The notes below the pieces were generated by a model that was given only the letters and a program-made list of their open reading frames with translations, was not told the origin of the DNA and ran no database searches. Both the position numbers and the translations under genes were made by a program. Below are positions 1 to 11,459 of a stretch of 64,000 bases of DNA, piece after piece; position 1 is the stretch's first letter; every line of letters starts with the position of its first letter. Source of the DNA: Amphiscolops sp. MND2022 (lineage: Eukaryota); NCBI GenBank assembly GCA_964187785.1, contig OZ076409.1, forward strand, positions 94,614,001-94,678,000, in the 5' to 3' direction.

Positions 1-1201
1 CATGATGATTTTGAGCATGAAAACTTCACTAAGCAGCTCCAAAAACCTAATAAAATTGCCTTGCAGCTTACAAAGACATATGAAACATTTGAGCACTTTC
101 AACTGGGAATGCGCAAACCATACTTTGGCAAAATATTCTTTCCTCAAAATACTCTTGCCTCAAAATATTCCTGCCTCAACTTACTGACTTCTACTTTTCT
201 ATGTATGATCTACCCTTTTCATCTGAGCATTGCTCCATCCAACTATCGCTTTGGAGCCAGATGTTTAATTGAGGGGACCAACTTTGTGATCAAAGCCACA
301 AAAATGCCGCTGGGATGCTTTTTCTGGCCACGTTCGGAACGATGACCAAAAGGACCAAACTCGTTGGCTACAAAAAATTTGCCTGTGGATTGTTTCAAGT
401 TTTCCTGACCAAGTATTTGAGAGGTTGCCGCCCTGACTGGTTCGGTTCAGTTGTCAAGATTACGTCATGCAAGACTTATTTTTAGGCGCTTTTGAAGGTT
501 TGAAACAGTTGGATTTCATGGTAGCTGAATATTTTCATTCTTTTCCTCTCGACTGAATTCATTTTAGGCTGGCATATATTTTTTCTATTGAAAACTTAGC
601 AGTTACGTTTACGCTTTGTTGTTATTGTTGTGGTTGAACTTCAAAATGTCAAACTTCGGTAGCGAAAACTATGCATCAAAGGCAAACAACCAATTTTCTA
701 CGAAAATTTTTCGATCTGAAAATCAATTATTATTGAACCAATCTTGTAAAAATGATGAAAAGTTTTGTTTGGCAATCAAGGAATATTTTTTAAGTTTACC
801 CTGCAGAATTTCACATCAATCAATGAAAACATCCAGATTAATCATTATAATGGTTTCAAACTGAATTATGGTTTCAAACTGAATTCAAAATTATGGATTT
901 TTATAATTGGTCCCGATGTTGTATGTGGATTCCAATTTCCCCATTCTACGACTATTACCTAGTGCCAAATTAAACCGTATGAACTGAAATAATCTTGCGT
1001 TTGGGGGTTCACTTACATTCCATAAATGAGGAAATTTGTCTAAATTACTATTTTTTGCGAATTAACAGGCGTTTCTTTTCAAACGAGGTGTAGATCGATT
1101 CAAGGTCATCATTGACTTTTCGATAGTTGACTCAGTTTCGTAGACCTTAACTCACGAGAAACGATCTTTTTAATGATGACAGAAAAAAGCTTCAACTTTG
1201 A

Positions 1202-1762
1202 GAGTACGGAAAATTCAACACATGAAAACTCAACACAAGAAAACTCAACACAAGAAAACTCAACACAAAAACTCAACACATTTAATTAATTTTAGTTAAT
1301 ACCTGAATTGAGTTTATATTCCGAAATCTAACTAATTGTTAGATCCGTATTATTTTCGTGAGCACTTAGTCACAATTGCGACTCATTTTAAAAACATATA
1401 AAGACGTATAATTTCCTTTACATCTAGTCATGATTGCGACTTTTTCCTGTATTAAACTGTTTTTCACGTTGAAACGTTGTTTACATTGGCCCAAACGATG
1501 AAACAAAACGATAGAAAAAGTATAAACGCAAACACAAAAATTTCAAAAAAAAATTGTGTCAAGTGCATCAATTATGAGCAGTACGAACAAGGAATATAGA
1601 TGTATAATATATATCACGATTAATAATGGCTTAAAATAAGTTGAGTTTGCTGTGTTGAGTTTTCCTGTGTTGAGTTTTCCTGTGTTGAGTTTTCGTGTGT
1701 TGAGTTTTCTTGTGTTGTGTTTTCTTATGTCGAGTTTTCTTGTGTTGAGTTTTCTGGTAATC
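1202..1762. mobile_element. Foldback/MITE-like element with inverted arrays of a ~15-bp unit (AAAACTCAACACAAG)
   Basis: About 5 copies of aaaactcaacac at 1208-1280 and about 8 inverted copies (gtgttgagtttt) at 1640-1755; the ends gagtacggaaaa / ttttctggtaatc are imperfectly inverted; no TSD found. Confidence 0.7.
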
Positions 1763-1929
1763 TGTTTTACATTAGAACAAGCGACAGAAATTTAAAGCAA
1801 AATTTAAACATTAGGAAAAACATGATATTTAACTATTTCTGTAACGAAAAAAGTCGAGAGCATACCCTTGCAATTATCTTTAAAAAATCAAAGAGCCTTA
1901 AAGAATCAGCTAAGCTCTGATAATTGGTC

Positions 1930-2212
1930 CCCCTGGTTGAGGAAAAACCGATTCTTCCAAGAATCTTGTAAGATCCTTGCATTTAATACTTTGAAGATCT
2001 TGCAAGTACATGTACTCCTTGCAAGAATCTTACAAGGAAATCTTTGCGAGGAATGCATCACCAGCACGTATCTTGCAAGAAGGCATTTTAAGCAAGAATC
2101 TTTCAAGATTCTTCCGAGGAGTCCATGGAAAATGCATAATTTTGCAAGATCTTGCCAGATCCTTGACAGATCCTTGCCAGATCCTTGCTAGGAAGGCATT
2201 TTTCAGCAAGGG
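1930..2212. repeat. CAAGATCTTG-rich MITE-like repeat (CCCTGG...CAAGGG ends)
   Basis: Repeated (g)caagatcttg motifs; related copies at about 3585-3665 continuing at 12414-12428, 16169-16310, 40630-40720, 41672-41830 and 48520-48700. Confidence 0.6.
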
Positions 2213-2383
2213 TCTAGACTACAGATTGCTTGATCTGCCTGCACCCGCAAGGCGAAAAGTAGTTTTCAACCTATTCTGCACTTTTTGAATTCATTGCGAT
2301 TTTCGCGATGAATAATTTTAAAGTTTTTGCAGAAACTTACATTTTTGCATCCATGAAAATGCATAGTTTTCTTCATACAATTC

Positions 2384-2459
2384 CTGAAGCGCACTGCTCT
2401 TTACTGGGTCCTACTCGCTTTAGTTTCATTTGTGGTCGCTGCCGTGTTACTCTACTTCG
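2384..2459 (+). CDS. Putative exon encoding a hydrophobic signal-anchor segment (LKRTALYWVLLALVSFVVAAVLLYF)
   Basis: Open hydrophobic stretch ending at a strong phase-1 donor G|GTAAG (2460); upstream start and parent gene unresolved. Confidence 0.3.
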
Positions 2460-3665
2460 GTAAGATGCATTTGGTTTGAAAATTTTCAGGAACGACTCGA
2501 GTTTTTAGTAGGCTCTTTCTCTAAGAAAAAAGCGACTATAGTTTTTTGATACACCTGAAATGCCCAAAATTGCTCTACCAAAAGTTCTTCAATTTTGGCA
2601 AAGTCCTTTCTGACCATCTGCATACTACATTTGAAGGAGTTTTTTGGAGCTTTAAAGGAGTCCCCTGCGACAATAACAACCGATACCGGATTTAACGCAA
2701 ATCGGATTTAACGGATTCCGGTTATAACGTATACCGGATAAAACGTTTCTCGGAGAATTTTCCAATCTTACAATAGGGTCCCCCGATATCATTTGGAAGC
2801 AAAGGGTCCCCCTTTGTTCAATTTTACAGTTGCTTGGGATGTTTACCAATTAAAAGACCAATTTCGAATTAGGGGTCGCGAGACCCAAAATTTCCGGAAA
2901 CTTTCCTTACAAGCTTATGTATTATTAACTTTGGAATCTATTCAATGGCTTTACTGTAACGCGAAGGCTGAACACGAAGTACATAGAATTCAAACAGAAG
3001 TTACCAATTACCGCCGCCTTCAGTTGTGACCGAAAATGTGAAGTTGATTAATTGTTTGAATCCACCAATTGCGCGCAAAAAATTGCGGTGAGAGAGTGCG
3101 CAATGATTTGCAATCGGATGCGAATTACCAACAAGGCGTTCTTAATCACCCGTAATTGACAACATTTAATTTTTCAGTACACAATTTTCATTCGGGCACA
3201 TTTTCATTCACAGTACTTTAAAAGCACTCAAAATACTTACAATTTCTCCTATCTTTTAATTGAATTTCCAACTAGACAGATATAATCGTAGACCTGCAAG
3301 CTAAAAGAGAGATGTTGGAACATCTATTGGACAAGATAATCGAATAAAGTTTTTAGAAAAAGTTGTCGGAAAACAAGATCAAACCCGCTTTCTGCAGGAA
3401 GAAAACAACTTCGCCGTAGTTGTCAACCGAACTCGAAATTCATCACATTGAGTGAAAAATCGAATATGATGATGAAGAAATTCTACTTAGAATGAAAATT
3501 TTGTCTCGATATCAAGCAGTTCGTAGTAAATTTTTGTTGCCATCTTGGGCTTCTCGTGAAAATTTTTATTGGATACATGCCCGTCTTGATAAGATCCTTC
3601 CATGGCAAAACGATTACCATGACAATATCTTAACAAGATCTTAGCCAAGATCTTACTGAGATATC

Positions 3666-4618
3666 TGTAACGGCTGCTTGCCCTTATCCTGCGCTGAGGC
3701 TTGACAAGCTTTACGCCGCCCTGATCCGTTGCTTAGTGCTGTGGACCGTCACTAAACAATTCCTGGTTTCTTGTTTTAAAGGACTGTATCTTTTAGCTTG
3801 ATGGGTCCGATGTGACCCGTGGAATCTCCTGCGATTCCTCTTTGCACTGATTTGGATCCGATGTGATCCTGCACACACACTTCCCTCACAGTATCTTCAC
3901 GCGCTCCGGCTCTCCAACTATGAGAGTAGCTACTTAGTCGCTCTGACTCTAGCGAAAAGTTGTGAAGATTGAGAAGTAGATTAATTAGTCTCGCGGTCCT
4001 GAGACCCAACTTGACTATTGCTATTCAGTGGAGAAAATCTCTATCTAACAATGGTATACATATGGTTTACAGTTCTACAGTAAATATAAGCAAATATCAG
4101 TTGAAATATGTGGTATAAATAAATGACATTTAAAGCATAATATGAAGTTATTGGCTATGTAAACAAACTATGTGGTGGTTTTGGCATGTTGGTCAGGTGG
4201 GGTAGAAAGTATGTTTACACAATGTAAATATCATTAATTTCAACAGAGTTACATTTCCTTCAAGGTCATATGAGAAAATCTTATAATAATTAATACATCA
4301 AAATTGGGTAATTCATGGGGTCCGACCTAGGTCACTTTGGGTGTTAATAGCTCAGAACCCAGGGGAGATACGGGGTTAGTTGTTCCCAGTGAAAAGTTAG
4401 GATAGCACCACTACTATACGTGTGCCAAGTTTGAAGGTGATTGAATGAGTGGTTTATCGGGACGGGGGGTGGCCCTTTTTGGTGACGCCATATTTCTGGT
4501 GAAACTTGTAAATTTTCCAACTAAAATCTTGACAAAGTTTCTAAGTGTTTTGAGTTATAAGTTTCATCAGTCACGTTCGAGTTTGAGTTTCTGATCTCGC
4601 AGTTGACTGGCGCCTACA
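3666..4618 (-). repeat. 3' LTR of the BEL/Pao element (953 bp)
   Basis: tgtaacggctg...ggcgcctaca; matches 11460-12413 except for about 5 substitutions and a 1-bp indel; preceded on the minus strand by a purine-rich PPT (gggagaaaaacagggccggcaa). Confidence 0.97.
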
Positions 4619-7600
4619 TTGCCGGCCCTGTTTTTCTCCCGAAAAACACTTTCGTAGAACATGGGTGCCAGTTTCACTACTGGTCTTTTGAGCTTTCCGT
4701 CTTCAGTTTTCACCAGCGCTGATCTCACTCGCCCATCGCTTCCATGATAGACTTCCAACACTCTACCCATCTTGTAGTGTGCTCTTTTTACATTCTCGTC
4801 CACTATCCAAACCAAATCATTGACTTCCAGTTGTCTAACTTCTTCTTTATTCCATTTAGATCTCTCATTCCATTGGGGTAAATATTCTCTATTCCATCTG
4901 CTCCAAATCAAGTCTGCGTATGCTTGTGATACTCTGAATACTCTTCTCAGATCTGTATATCGCTGAGCGTCAGGAATAAATGGGGTTGCTGGACTTGCAC
5001 GTCCTAGCAGGAAGTGATTTGGAGTCAAAGCTTCCAAATCTTCCGGATCATCACTGGCACTAGTCAGAGGTCTCGAATTCAATATCTGCTCGACTAGACA
5101 CATAGTTGTGGATAGTACATCATCTGTCAGTGTTCTGTTTCCGACTATTGCCATCATAGCTTTCTTGCAGCTTCTGACCATTCGCTCCCAAACACCTCCA
5201 AAATGCGGCGCACCTGGGGGGTTGAACTTCCATTTTATTTGCTTTAGAGCCAAAGACTGCTCAATATCTGATTGATTCCAAGCTTCTATCCATTCTCGCA
5301 TTTCTCTTGCTGCGCCCACGAAATTTGTTCCATTGTCACTTAGAATGACGTTGGGTTTTCCTCTTCGTGCCATGAATCTCGTAATTGCAGCAAGACATGC
5401 GTCGGCTTCCAGGCTGGGCACGACTTCAATATGCACAGCTCTTGTTGTTAAACATGTGAATAGACAACACCATCGTTTCATTGATTTCCTCATGAATCTC
5501 ACTTCAAATGGTCCAAAATAGTCTACTCCAGTATTGGCAAAAGGGAAAACTCTTTCTTCCAATCTTTCTTTAGGTAGGTCTGCCATGAAAGGTTGAACTC
5601 CTCCAACTTGTTGCTTTCTGCACTTAACACACTTCAATTTCACATTTCTGAGCGCGTTTCGGAGTCCAATTATCCAGTAATTTTGCTGCAAAATACTGCG
5701 AACATACTCTGTTCCTTCATGATAGTTACTTTCGTGAGCATCTTCAATCAATTTCCTCCCTATTGGATGCTTCGCAGATAGCAAAATTGGATGTTTCATT
5801 TCATAACTGGCATCAGCGTGACGCAGTCGTCCTCTTAATCGCATGAGGTTCTGATCGTCCATAAATGGTGATAGTTTGTTCATGTGATCAAATGCCGCCA
5901 GGGGTTTACCTGCGGCCAATGCTTGATAACTTTGACAGAAGCTTTCCATCTGACTTTTCCTCAGTAATAGTCGGATCACTTGCTGCATTTCTTCTGTTAT
6001 TACCACCTTTCCTTTGATTTTTGATTTGAACCGAAGGCAATAGGCGAAGATCCGGGTCATTCTTCTGAAAGAACCGAACTTCTCCCAATCAATGTCTTTT
6101 TCTTCTGACACGACTTCAAAGACTTGCTCTATGTCTTCTGTTTTCTGCTGAAACAACTGTGGTGAGGTTTGTGGCCAAGCATCTTCCTTTTCTTGAAGCC
6201 ATGCCGGCCCTGTGAACCACTCGCTCTTTTCTAATTCGTGGACGGATTTTCCTCTTGTTCCAATGTCGGCAGGGTTTAAGGTTCCTTCGACATGTCTCCA
6301 CTGATCAATGGTTGAACTGTCAAGGATTTCGGCGACTCTGTTCGCTACAAACACCGGTTGTTTCTTGTCAGCTCCATGCAACCATTGTAAAACAGTTGTC
6401 GAATCCGTCCAAAAGAAAGTTCGTTCAATTTCAATGTCGTGTTCGTCGACGATCAGTTGTTTCAATCGGGTTCCATACATAGCTGCTTGTAGCTCTAGTC
6501 GGGGAATTGATTGTTGCTTCATTGGCGCTACTCGGCATTTCCCTACCACATAGGCAAGCTCTCCAGTTTGTTGATCTCGAAAGTAGGCAACTATGCACAT
6601 GGCTTCCAGGGATGCATCGGCGAAAATATGCAAGTCCACTACTTCAGCATTTTTCGATAGATATTTTCTTTTGATAGCCATTTCATTCATGTGATTCAAC
6701 TCCGATGCCCAATCTTTGAATACTATCCCGTCTTTTGGAGATAACTCTTCGTCCCACGATTGCCCATGTTTCTTCCAAATTCCTTTGAGCAACAATCTCA
6801 TTCTCACTGTGAAGGGGGAAAACAATCCCAACGGGTCAAACACAGAGGATACGTGAGATAGAACAATTCTCTGAGTGATCTTGGCAGGCACTTTTTTTCC
6901 TGTGCCGCGGCAAATCTCAAGACTGTCTGACTCCACATTCCACTGGAGTCCCAAGATAGAGGGTGCCAAGAGTTCGGCTTCAAATGTTTTGCTTAGCGAG
7001 ACTGATCTATCTTCCGCGGATATTTCTTTCATCACTTTCTCTGAGTTGCAAATCCATTTCGTTAGTTGAAAGCCACGATGCGCTAAGGATTTTCGCAAGC
7101 ACTTGTACACTTCCACAGCTTCTTCCCCTGAAGCTACTGACTTCACAAAGTCATCCATATAGAAGTTTCTGTTGATCAACTTTGCAACCATGCCATTGTC
7201 ATCTCTGCTGTCTCGTCCGACTTGTTGCAAAGCGTAGTTGACACATGTTGGCGAACTCTTAGCTCCAAAAATGTGTCTTCCATATTCATACACAGAAATA
7301 GGTTCAGTGTGGTTTTCTTTCCACAAAAATCTCAGTACTTTGCAATCAGTACGGGGTACTTTCACTTGGAGAAACATTGCTTCGACGTCTGCTGTCAGGG
7401 CGATTTCCTTTTCCCTGAATCTGAAGATAATTCCTATCAGCGATTGGAGGTCTGGACCGGCCATCAAGTTATCATTAAGTGAAACACCTCCGAACTTTGA
7501 GGCAGCGTTGCATACTCGTCTCACTTCGTCCGGCTTGTTCGGGTTCAGCACAGGAAGATGTGGAACGTACCACTGAAGGTCTGAATTAGTGTTTTCAAGC

Positions 7601-10600
7601 TCTGCTTCGTCCAAAACTCGCACAAAGCCCTTTTGTACGTCCACATCAATTGTCTCTTTGTAGCGTTGTTTCAAGTTCGCATCCTTTTCCAGTCGGCGCT
7701 CGAGAGACTTCAATTGACTTACTGCCGAACTGTAATTGTTTGGCAAATGCGGCTTTGCATTTTTCCAAAGTAGCCCGACCTCGTATCTCTTTCCGTCGAA
7801 CTTCGTGGTTGCTTTGAGCATTTCGAGGGCTCGCTCGTCTTCCTTGGACCTTCCGGATACGCTGCAATTGGAAGCATACGATTCCATGCTCCACCAAGAC
7901 TTCACTTGATCCGCTAACGGGTCCACTTCTGCTGCAACTAGACTTTCAGTTGCGAGCTTTGCTGTCTCTTGCTGAGGCAATGGACCACTGAGCATCCATC
8001 CCAGCTTCGTTCGCACTGCCCAGGGCTTGGCGTTTCCACACTTTCTATAGTCGATTGCTCTATGCAAGTGGTAGCAATCTTGGCCCAAGATGACTTTCAC
8101 TTCTCCCAAGTTGATGGTAGAATCCCTCAAAACTGACAGGTGAGGATATGCTTCCTTCAATTTCTTGATGTTGTACGTTCGATTTCCTGCATTTACGTCG
8201 GGATGACTATAGGCCATGATATCTTCTTTGACTTTTCCGTCCTGATCTCCAATCCTGACTCGAAGTCGTTTGCTACTAATATCTGACGTTCCATGAATCC
8301 CTGCAACATTCAATTCCACTGGCTGTCCCGTCAGATTTAGCGCTTTCATCAGGCTCTCGTCCACAAAGGACAGGCTTGCTCCAGAGTCGCATAAAGCGAA
8401 CGTTTTCACAGTTTTGCTCCCACTCCCTATCAATACTGGAATGACTGGAAGCACTCCACTGCTTCTCATTGAGGACAGGTTGGAGACCTCATCGACATTT
8501 TCAACATGTTTCTTTTGTTCCACGTTCTTGTATGTTCTGTGTAGCAATCTGTGATGAGGTTTTCCGCAACCATTCACATCGCAGAGTCTACCAGAGCAAT
8601 TTCTCATCTGATGTGCTTCTGACAAGCATTTGAAGCACAATTTCAGCTCTTTCGCCTTTTGTCCCCTTTCTTCGACGTTCATCTTCTTGAACTTCTCACA
8701 TTTCCATATTGGATGTTTGCCATCTTTCAGCGCACACTCTCGCTGGTATTTTGAGTTGTCACTGGTTGTGTTTGTTGTTGATGTGGCGAACGTGGAGCCT
8801 TTGGTCTTTTCCTTGTAGTTCGACTTCGCGCGATCAGCATTCGGGTTTGAAGACAAAAGCAATTCGTCTTGAACATCTGCTAAATCATTGAGCCATTCAC
8901 TGAACACAGCGAGTCCAGGTTGATACAGGTTCATTTGCTTCACATAAGTGAGCCACTTCGTTTTCATGTCCAGTGTTAACTTCCTTGTGGCACTGCCTAA
9001 AACTCCTTCTGAGTTTAGGTCTCCCACGTAGTTGAATTGTGTCAAAACATTCACGCAACTCGACACTATTCTCGCAAACTTGATCAATGCTGCTCCGTCA
9101 TACGGTTTCATCGGTGGAAAGGAGTATATTCGCTTCAGCTGAGCATTCACAACCATCTGCGGTTTTCCAAAGTTTCGAACTAGAACGTTCCACGCCACAT
9201 TGTACATCTCAGCGGTGTACCCAAGGCCAGCAATCGCCTCTTTGGCTTTGCCCGTTACCATTGTTTTCAAGTGATTCATTTTTACACTGTCGTCCATGTT
9301 TGCTGCGTGGACGGTTGCCTGAAACAGTTGTGACCACTCTGGCCACTCCAATGGGTCACCTGAAAACTCTGCCAGCTTCAGTTTTGGCAAGCTAGATCTG
9401 ATGTAGTAGTCATCTCTCGCATTTGACACTATGTTTGGCCCTTGACTTGGCATATACTGCTTCTGTGTGTTCGCAAACTGTGGTACTTGAAATGCACCAC
9501 TCGGGATGCCTCCTGACGTAGGCGGTACCTGATTCTGGTCTGCACTGAGGGTCATTGACGGCTTCGATATGGCAAATTTCACTTCTGGTTGTGCTGTTGC
9601 ACTTTGACTGACAGCATCTATGACAGTCTTTGTTCTGTGCTTTCCAATACCTCGACTAGCGGCTTCGGTGGATATAGTCGGTTTCACTGGAGGGTTCAAG
9701 TCCCTCACTAGCGCGGAGCATTGTCCTTCATGCATCGATTGTACTGTTACTACTGGTGCTGAGACGGACGTTTGCTGGTATACAGATGGCACGTTAGTCG
9801 TCGATGCCACGTTTTCAGCTTCTTCTGTCTTGTCCATCCAATCTGAGACTTTCGTCAGGTTGTCGTCTGGAGTCTCGACTGGTGAGATACTCCGGAAACT
9901 AGACCCACAACTACTCGGAACTTTCGCCATCTCTATTTCTTTTTCGGCTATTTTGGCTTTGCGGGCCAGCTTTTCTTGTAAGTCTGCTATTTCATTCTGT
10001 TCCGCATTGCGTCTGAGTTTCTCCAGGCAACTTTGCAATTCTTCTTGCTCTTTCAAAGCGTTTAGTTCCAAATCGAGAACTCGTCTTGCACTTGATGTTT
10101 TTGAAATCACAGACGTTTTGTTGCTTTTGGTTCTTTTACTTCGCGAGTGTATGCTCAATTCTTCTATTGGCAATGATCTAGCACATTTGTTTCGCTCTTG
10201 GCTGTCATCCGCGTTATAACCATTGTCTTCTTTCTGCTCCTCGTCTGGTTCGGGCTCCTTTTGTGTTGAAGTGTCATTTCTACTTGATTTGTCTGCGGCT
10301 ACGCTTGCGCGAACGTCTGCCAGTCTTTGTTCGGCGTCTTCAAGGCTTCGCAAAATGGCTCCAGCTTCTCCTGACTTTAGGAGAGCTTCCATTTTCAATT
10401 TAAGGTCAGACCTCTCTTGAAGCAATTCTTGACATGCTGCTGCGTAATCTTCTTCGGCGTCCTCGCCGTTTTCAATTCGTTCATCGCGCAACTTTTCGTT
10501 GTGGGCGATTCTTTCATCAATAGCACGTTTCTTTTCTTCAAGATCCAGATAGTTCAGTATCTGATTTTCATCTTGCAATGCTGACATCAGTATTATCAAC

Positions 10601-10944
10601 TTTCCAATGCTAGAGTTTTGTTGCTGCAACTCAACAAATCGACTCTTTATCACTTGGATCACTGTTGAGAACATTTCGGTTATCTGGGGTTGGTACTTGA
10701 TTTTGATTGCATTTTGGATTGCCTTAAAGAGTCGTTCTCGCCTGTTTATGACATCTATTCGTCGTAACAGTAGCTCTGCTATCTGTTTGTTGTCATCATT
10801 CCTAGCTAGGTTTTCATCAATTGTTCTGATAGTCTCGCCGTGCTCGTACGCTGCATTCCAATGACTCACAATTTGGGCCGCGTCTGCAGAGTTCTTCGGA
10901 AAGTTTTCAACTTTGTTGATATCAAACCGTTTTGGTTGAGCCAT
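4567..10944 (-). CDS. BEL/Pao gag-pol polyprotein (2125 aa): coiled-coil N-terminus, DUF1759-type gag, Zn knuckles, protease, RT, RNase H, integrase, DUF5641-type tail
   Basis: FSGDPLEWPEW gag motif; CFKCLSEAHQMRNC and CDVNGCGKPHHRLLH knuckles; LCDSGAS protease; FYMDD RT; HIFADAS RNase H; GVDYFGP, SDNGTNF and GGVWERMV integrase motifs. Confidence 0.97.
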   Translation of the reverse strand: MAQPKRFDINKVENFPKNSADAAQIVSHWNAAYEHGETIRTIDENLARNDDNKQIAELLLRRIDVINRRERLFKAIQNAIKIKYQPQITEMFSTVIQVIKSRFVELQQQNSSIGKLIILMSALQDENQILNYLDLEEKKRAIDERIAHNEKLRDERIENGEDAEEDYAAACQELLQERSDLKLKMEALLKSGEAGAILRSLEDAEQRLADVRASVAADKSSRNDTSTQKEPEPDEEQKEDNGYNADDSQERNKCARSLPIEELSIHSRSKRTKSNKTSVISKTSSARRVLDLELNALKEQEELQSCLEKLRRNAEQNEIADLQEKLARKAKIAEKEIEMAKVPSSCGSSFRSISPVETPDDNLTKVSDWMDKTEEAENVASTTNVPSVYQQTSVSAPVVTVQSMHEGQCSALVRDLNPPVKPTISTEAASRGIGKHRTKTVIDAVSQSATAQPEVKFAISKPSMTLSADQNQVPPTSGGIPSGAFQVPQFANTQKQYMPSQGPNIVSNARDDYYIRSSLPKLKLAEFSGDPLEWPEWSQLFQATVHAANMDDSVKMNHLKTMVTGKAKEAIAGLGYTAEMYNVAWNVLVRNFGKPQMVVNAQLKRIYSFPPMKPYDGAALIKFARIVSSCVNVLTQFNYVGDLNSEGVLGSATRKLTLDMKTKWLTYVKQMNLYQPGLAVFSEWLNDLADVQDELLLSSNPNADRAKSNYKEKTKGSTFATSTTNTTSDNSKYQRECALKDGKHPIWKCEKFKKMNVEERGQKAKELKLCFKCLSEAHQMRNCSGRLCDVNGCGKPHHRLLHRTYKNVEQKKHVENVDEVSNLSSMRSSGVLPVIPVLIGSGSKTVKTFALCDSGASLSFVDESLMKALNLTGQPVELNVAGIHGTSDISSKRLRVRIGDQDGKVKEDIMAYSHPDVNAGNRTYNIKKLKEAYPHLSVLRDSTINLGEVKVILGQDCYHLHRAIDYRKCGNAKPWAVRTKLGWMLSGPLPQQETAKLATESLVAAEVDPLADQVKSWWSMESYASNCSVSGRSKEDERALEMLKATTKFDGKRYEVGLLWKNAKPHLPNNYSSAVSQLKSLERRLEKDANLKQRYKETIDVDVQKGFVRVLDEAELENTNSDLQWYVPHLPVLNPNKPDEVRRVCNAASKFGGVSLNDNLMAGPDLQSLIGIIFRFREKEIALTADVEAMFLQVKVPRTDCKVLRFLWKENHTEPISVYEYGRHIFGAKSSPTCVNYALQQVGRDSRDDNGMVAKLINRNFYMDDFVKSVASGEEAVEVYKCLRKSLAHRGFQLTKWICNSEKVMKEISAEDRSVSLSKTFEAELLAPSILGLQWNVESDSLEICRGTGKKVPAKITQRIVLSHVSSVFDPLGLFSPFTVRMRLLLKGIWKKHGQSWDEELSPKDGIVFKDWASELNHMNEMAIKRKYLSKNAEVVDLHIFADASLEAMCIVAYFRDQQTGELAYVVGKCRVAPMKQQSIPRLELQAAMYGTRLKQLIVDEHDIEIERTFFWTDSTTVLQWLHGADKKQPVFVANRVAEILDSSTIDQWRHVEGTLNPADIGTRGKSVHELEKSEWFTGPAWLQEKEDAWPQTSPQLFQQKTEDIEQVFEVVSEEKDIDWEKFGSFRRMTRIFAYCLRFKSKIKGKVVITEEMQQVIRLLLRKSQMESFCQSYQALAAGKPLAAFDHMNKLSPFMDDQNLMRLRGRLRHADASYEMKHPILLSAKHPIGRKLIEDAHESNYHEGTEYVRSILQQNYWIIGLRNALRNVKLKCVKCRKQQVGGVQPFMADLPKERLEERVFPFANTGVDYFGPFEVRFMRKSMKRWCCLFTCLTTRAVHIEVVPSLEADACLAAITRFMARRGKPNVILSDNGTNFVGAAREMREWIEAWNQSDIEQSLALKQIKWKFNPPGAPHFGGVWERMVRSCKKAMMAIVGNRTLTDDVLSTTMCLVEQILNSRPLTSASDDPEDLEALTPNHFLLGRASPATPFIPDAQRYTDLRRVFRVSQAYADLIWSRWNREYLPQWNERSKWNKEEVRQLEVNDLVWIVDENVKRAHYKMGRVLEVYHGSDGRVRSALVKTEDGKLKRPVVKLAPMFYESVFREKNRAGNVGASQLRDQKLKLERD

Positions 10945-10970
10945 TTCTTCTCTTCTTGATTGAACTCAGT

Positions 10971-11300
10971 TCCCAGAGTCACAATAGCTCAAACTCCCAG
11001 AGACACAATAGCCCACTCTCCCAGCGACACAATAGCCCAATCTCCCAGAGACACAGCAGCCCAATCTCCCAGAGACACAGTAGCCCAATCTCCCAGAGAC
11101 ACAATAGCCCAAGCTCCCAGAGACAAAATAGCCCAATCTCCCAGAGACACAATAGCCCAATCTCCCAGAGACACAGTAGCCCAATCTCCCAGAGACACAG
11201 TAGCCCAATCTCCCAGAGACACAATAGCCCACTCTCCCAGAGACACAGTAGCCCAATCTCCCAGAGACACAGTAGCCCAATCTCCCAGAGACACAGTAGC
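10971..11300. repeat. 24-bp minisatellite (about 14 units, TCCCAGAGACACAATAGCCCAATC) in the BEL 5' UTR
   Basis: Directly visible tandem units with period 24. Confidence 0.95.
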
Positions 11301-11440
11301 AGCGACTCCAAGATCCAGACACTTGTTCTTCTTGGGCAATCTTCTCAGTTGTCCACCAACGAGCCGTCTTCGTCCTCGTCTTCTTCTGCTAGTCCGGGTC
11401 GTCCACCAACGAGTTGTCCGGGTCGTCCACCAACGAGTTG

Positions 11441-11457
11441 TCCGGGTCGGCGGACCA
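11441..11457 (-). promoter_or_regulatory. Primer-binding site (tRNA-Tyr-like) of the BEL element
   Basis: Minus strand reads TT-TGGTCCGCCGACCCGGA directly after the 5' LTR, resembling the TGGTCCTTCGAGCCGGA tRNA-Tyr PBS typical of BEL/Pao. Confidence 0.8.
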
Positions 11458-11459
11458 AA

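Noticed and set aside
2900..3500. Possible additional exons (AYVLLTLESIQW..., DLQAKREMLEHLL...)
   Set aside because: No consistent splice model or recognisable domain
3776..4009. Identical 77-aa ORFs at 3776-4009 and 11570-11803
   Set aside because: Duplicated only because they lie in the LTRs; non-ATG start and no recognisable motif
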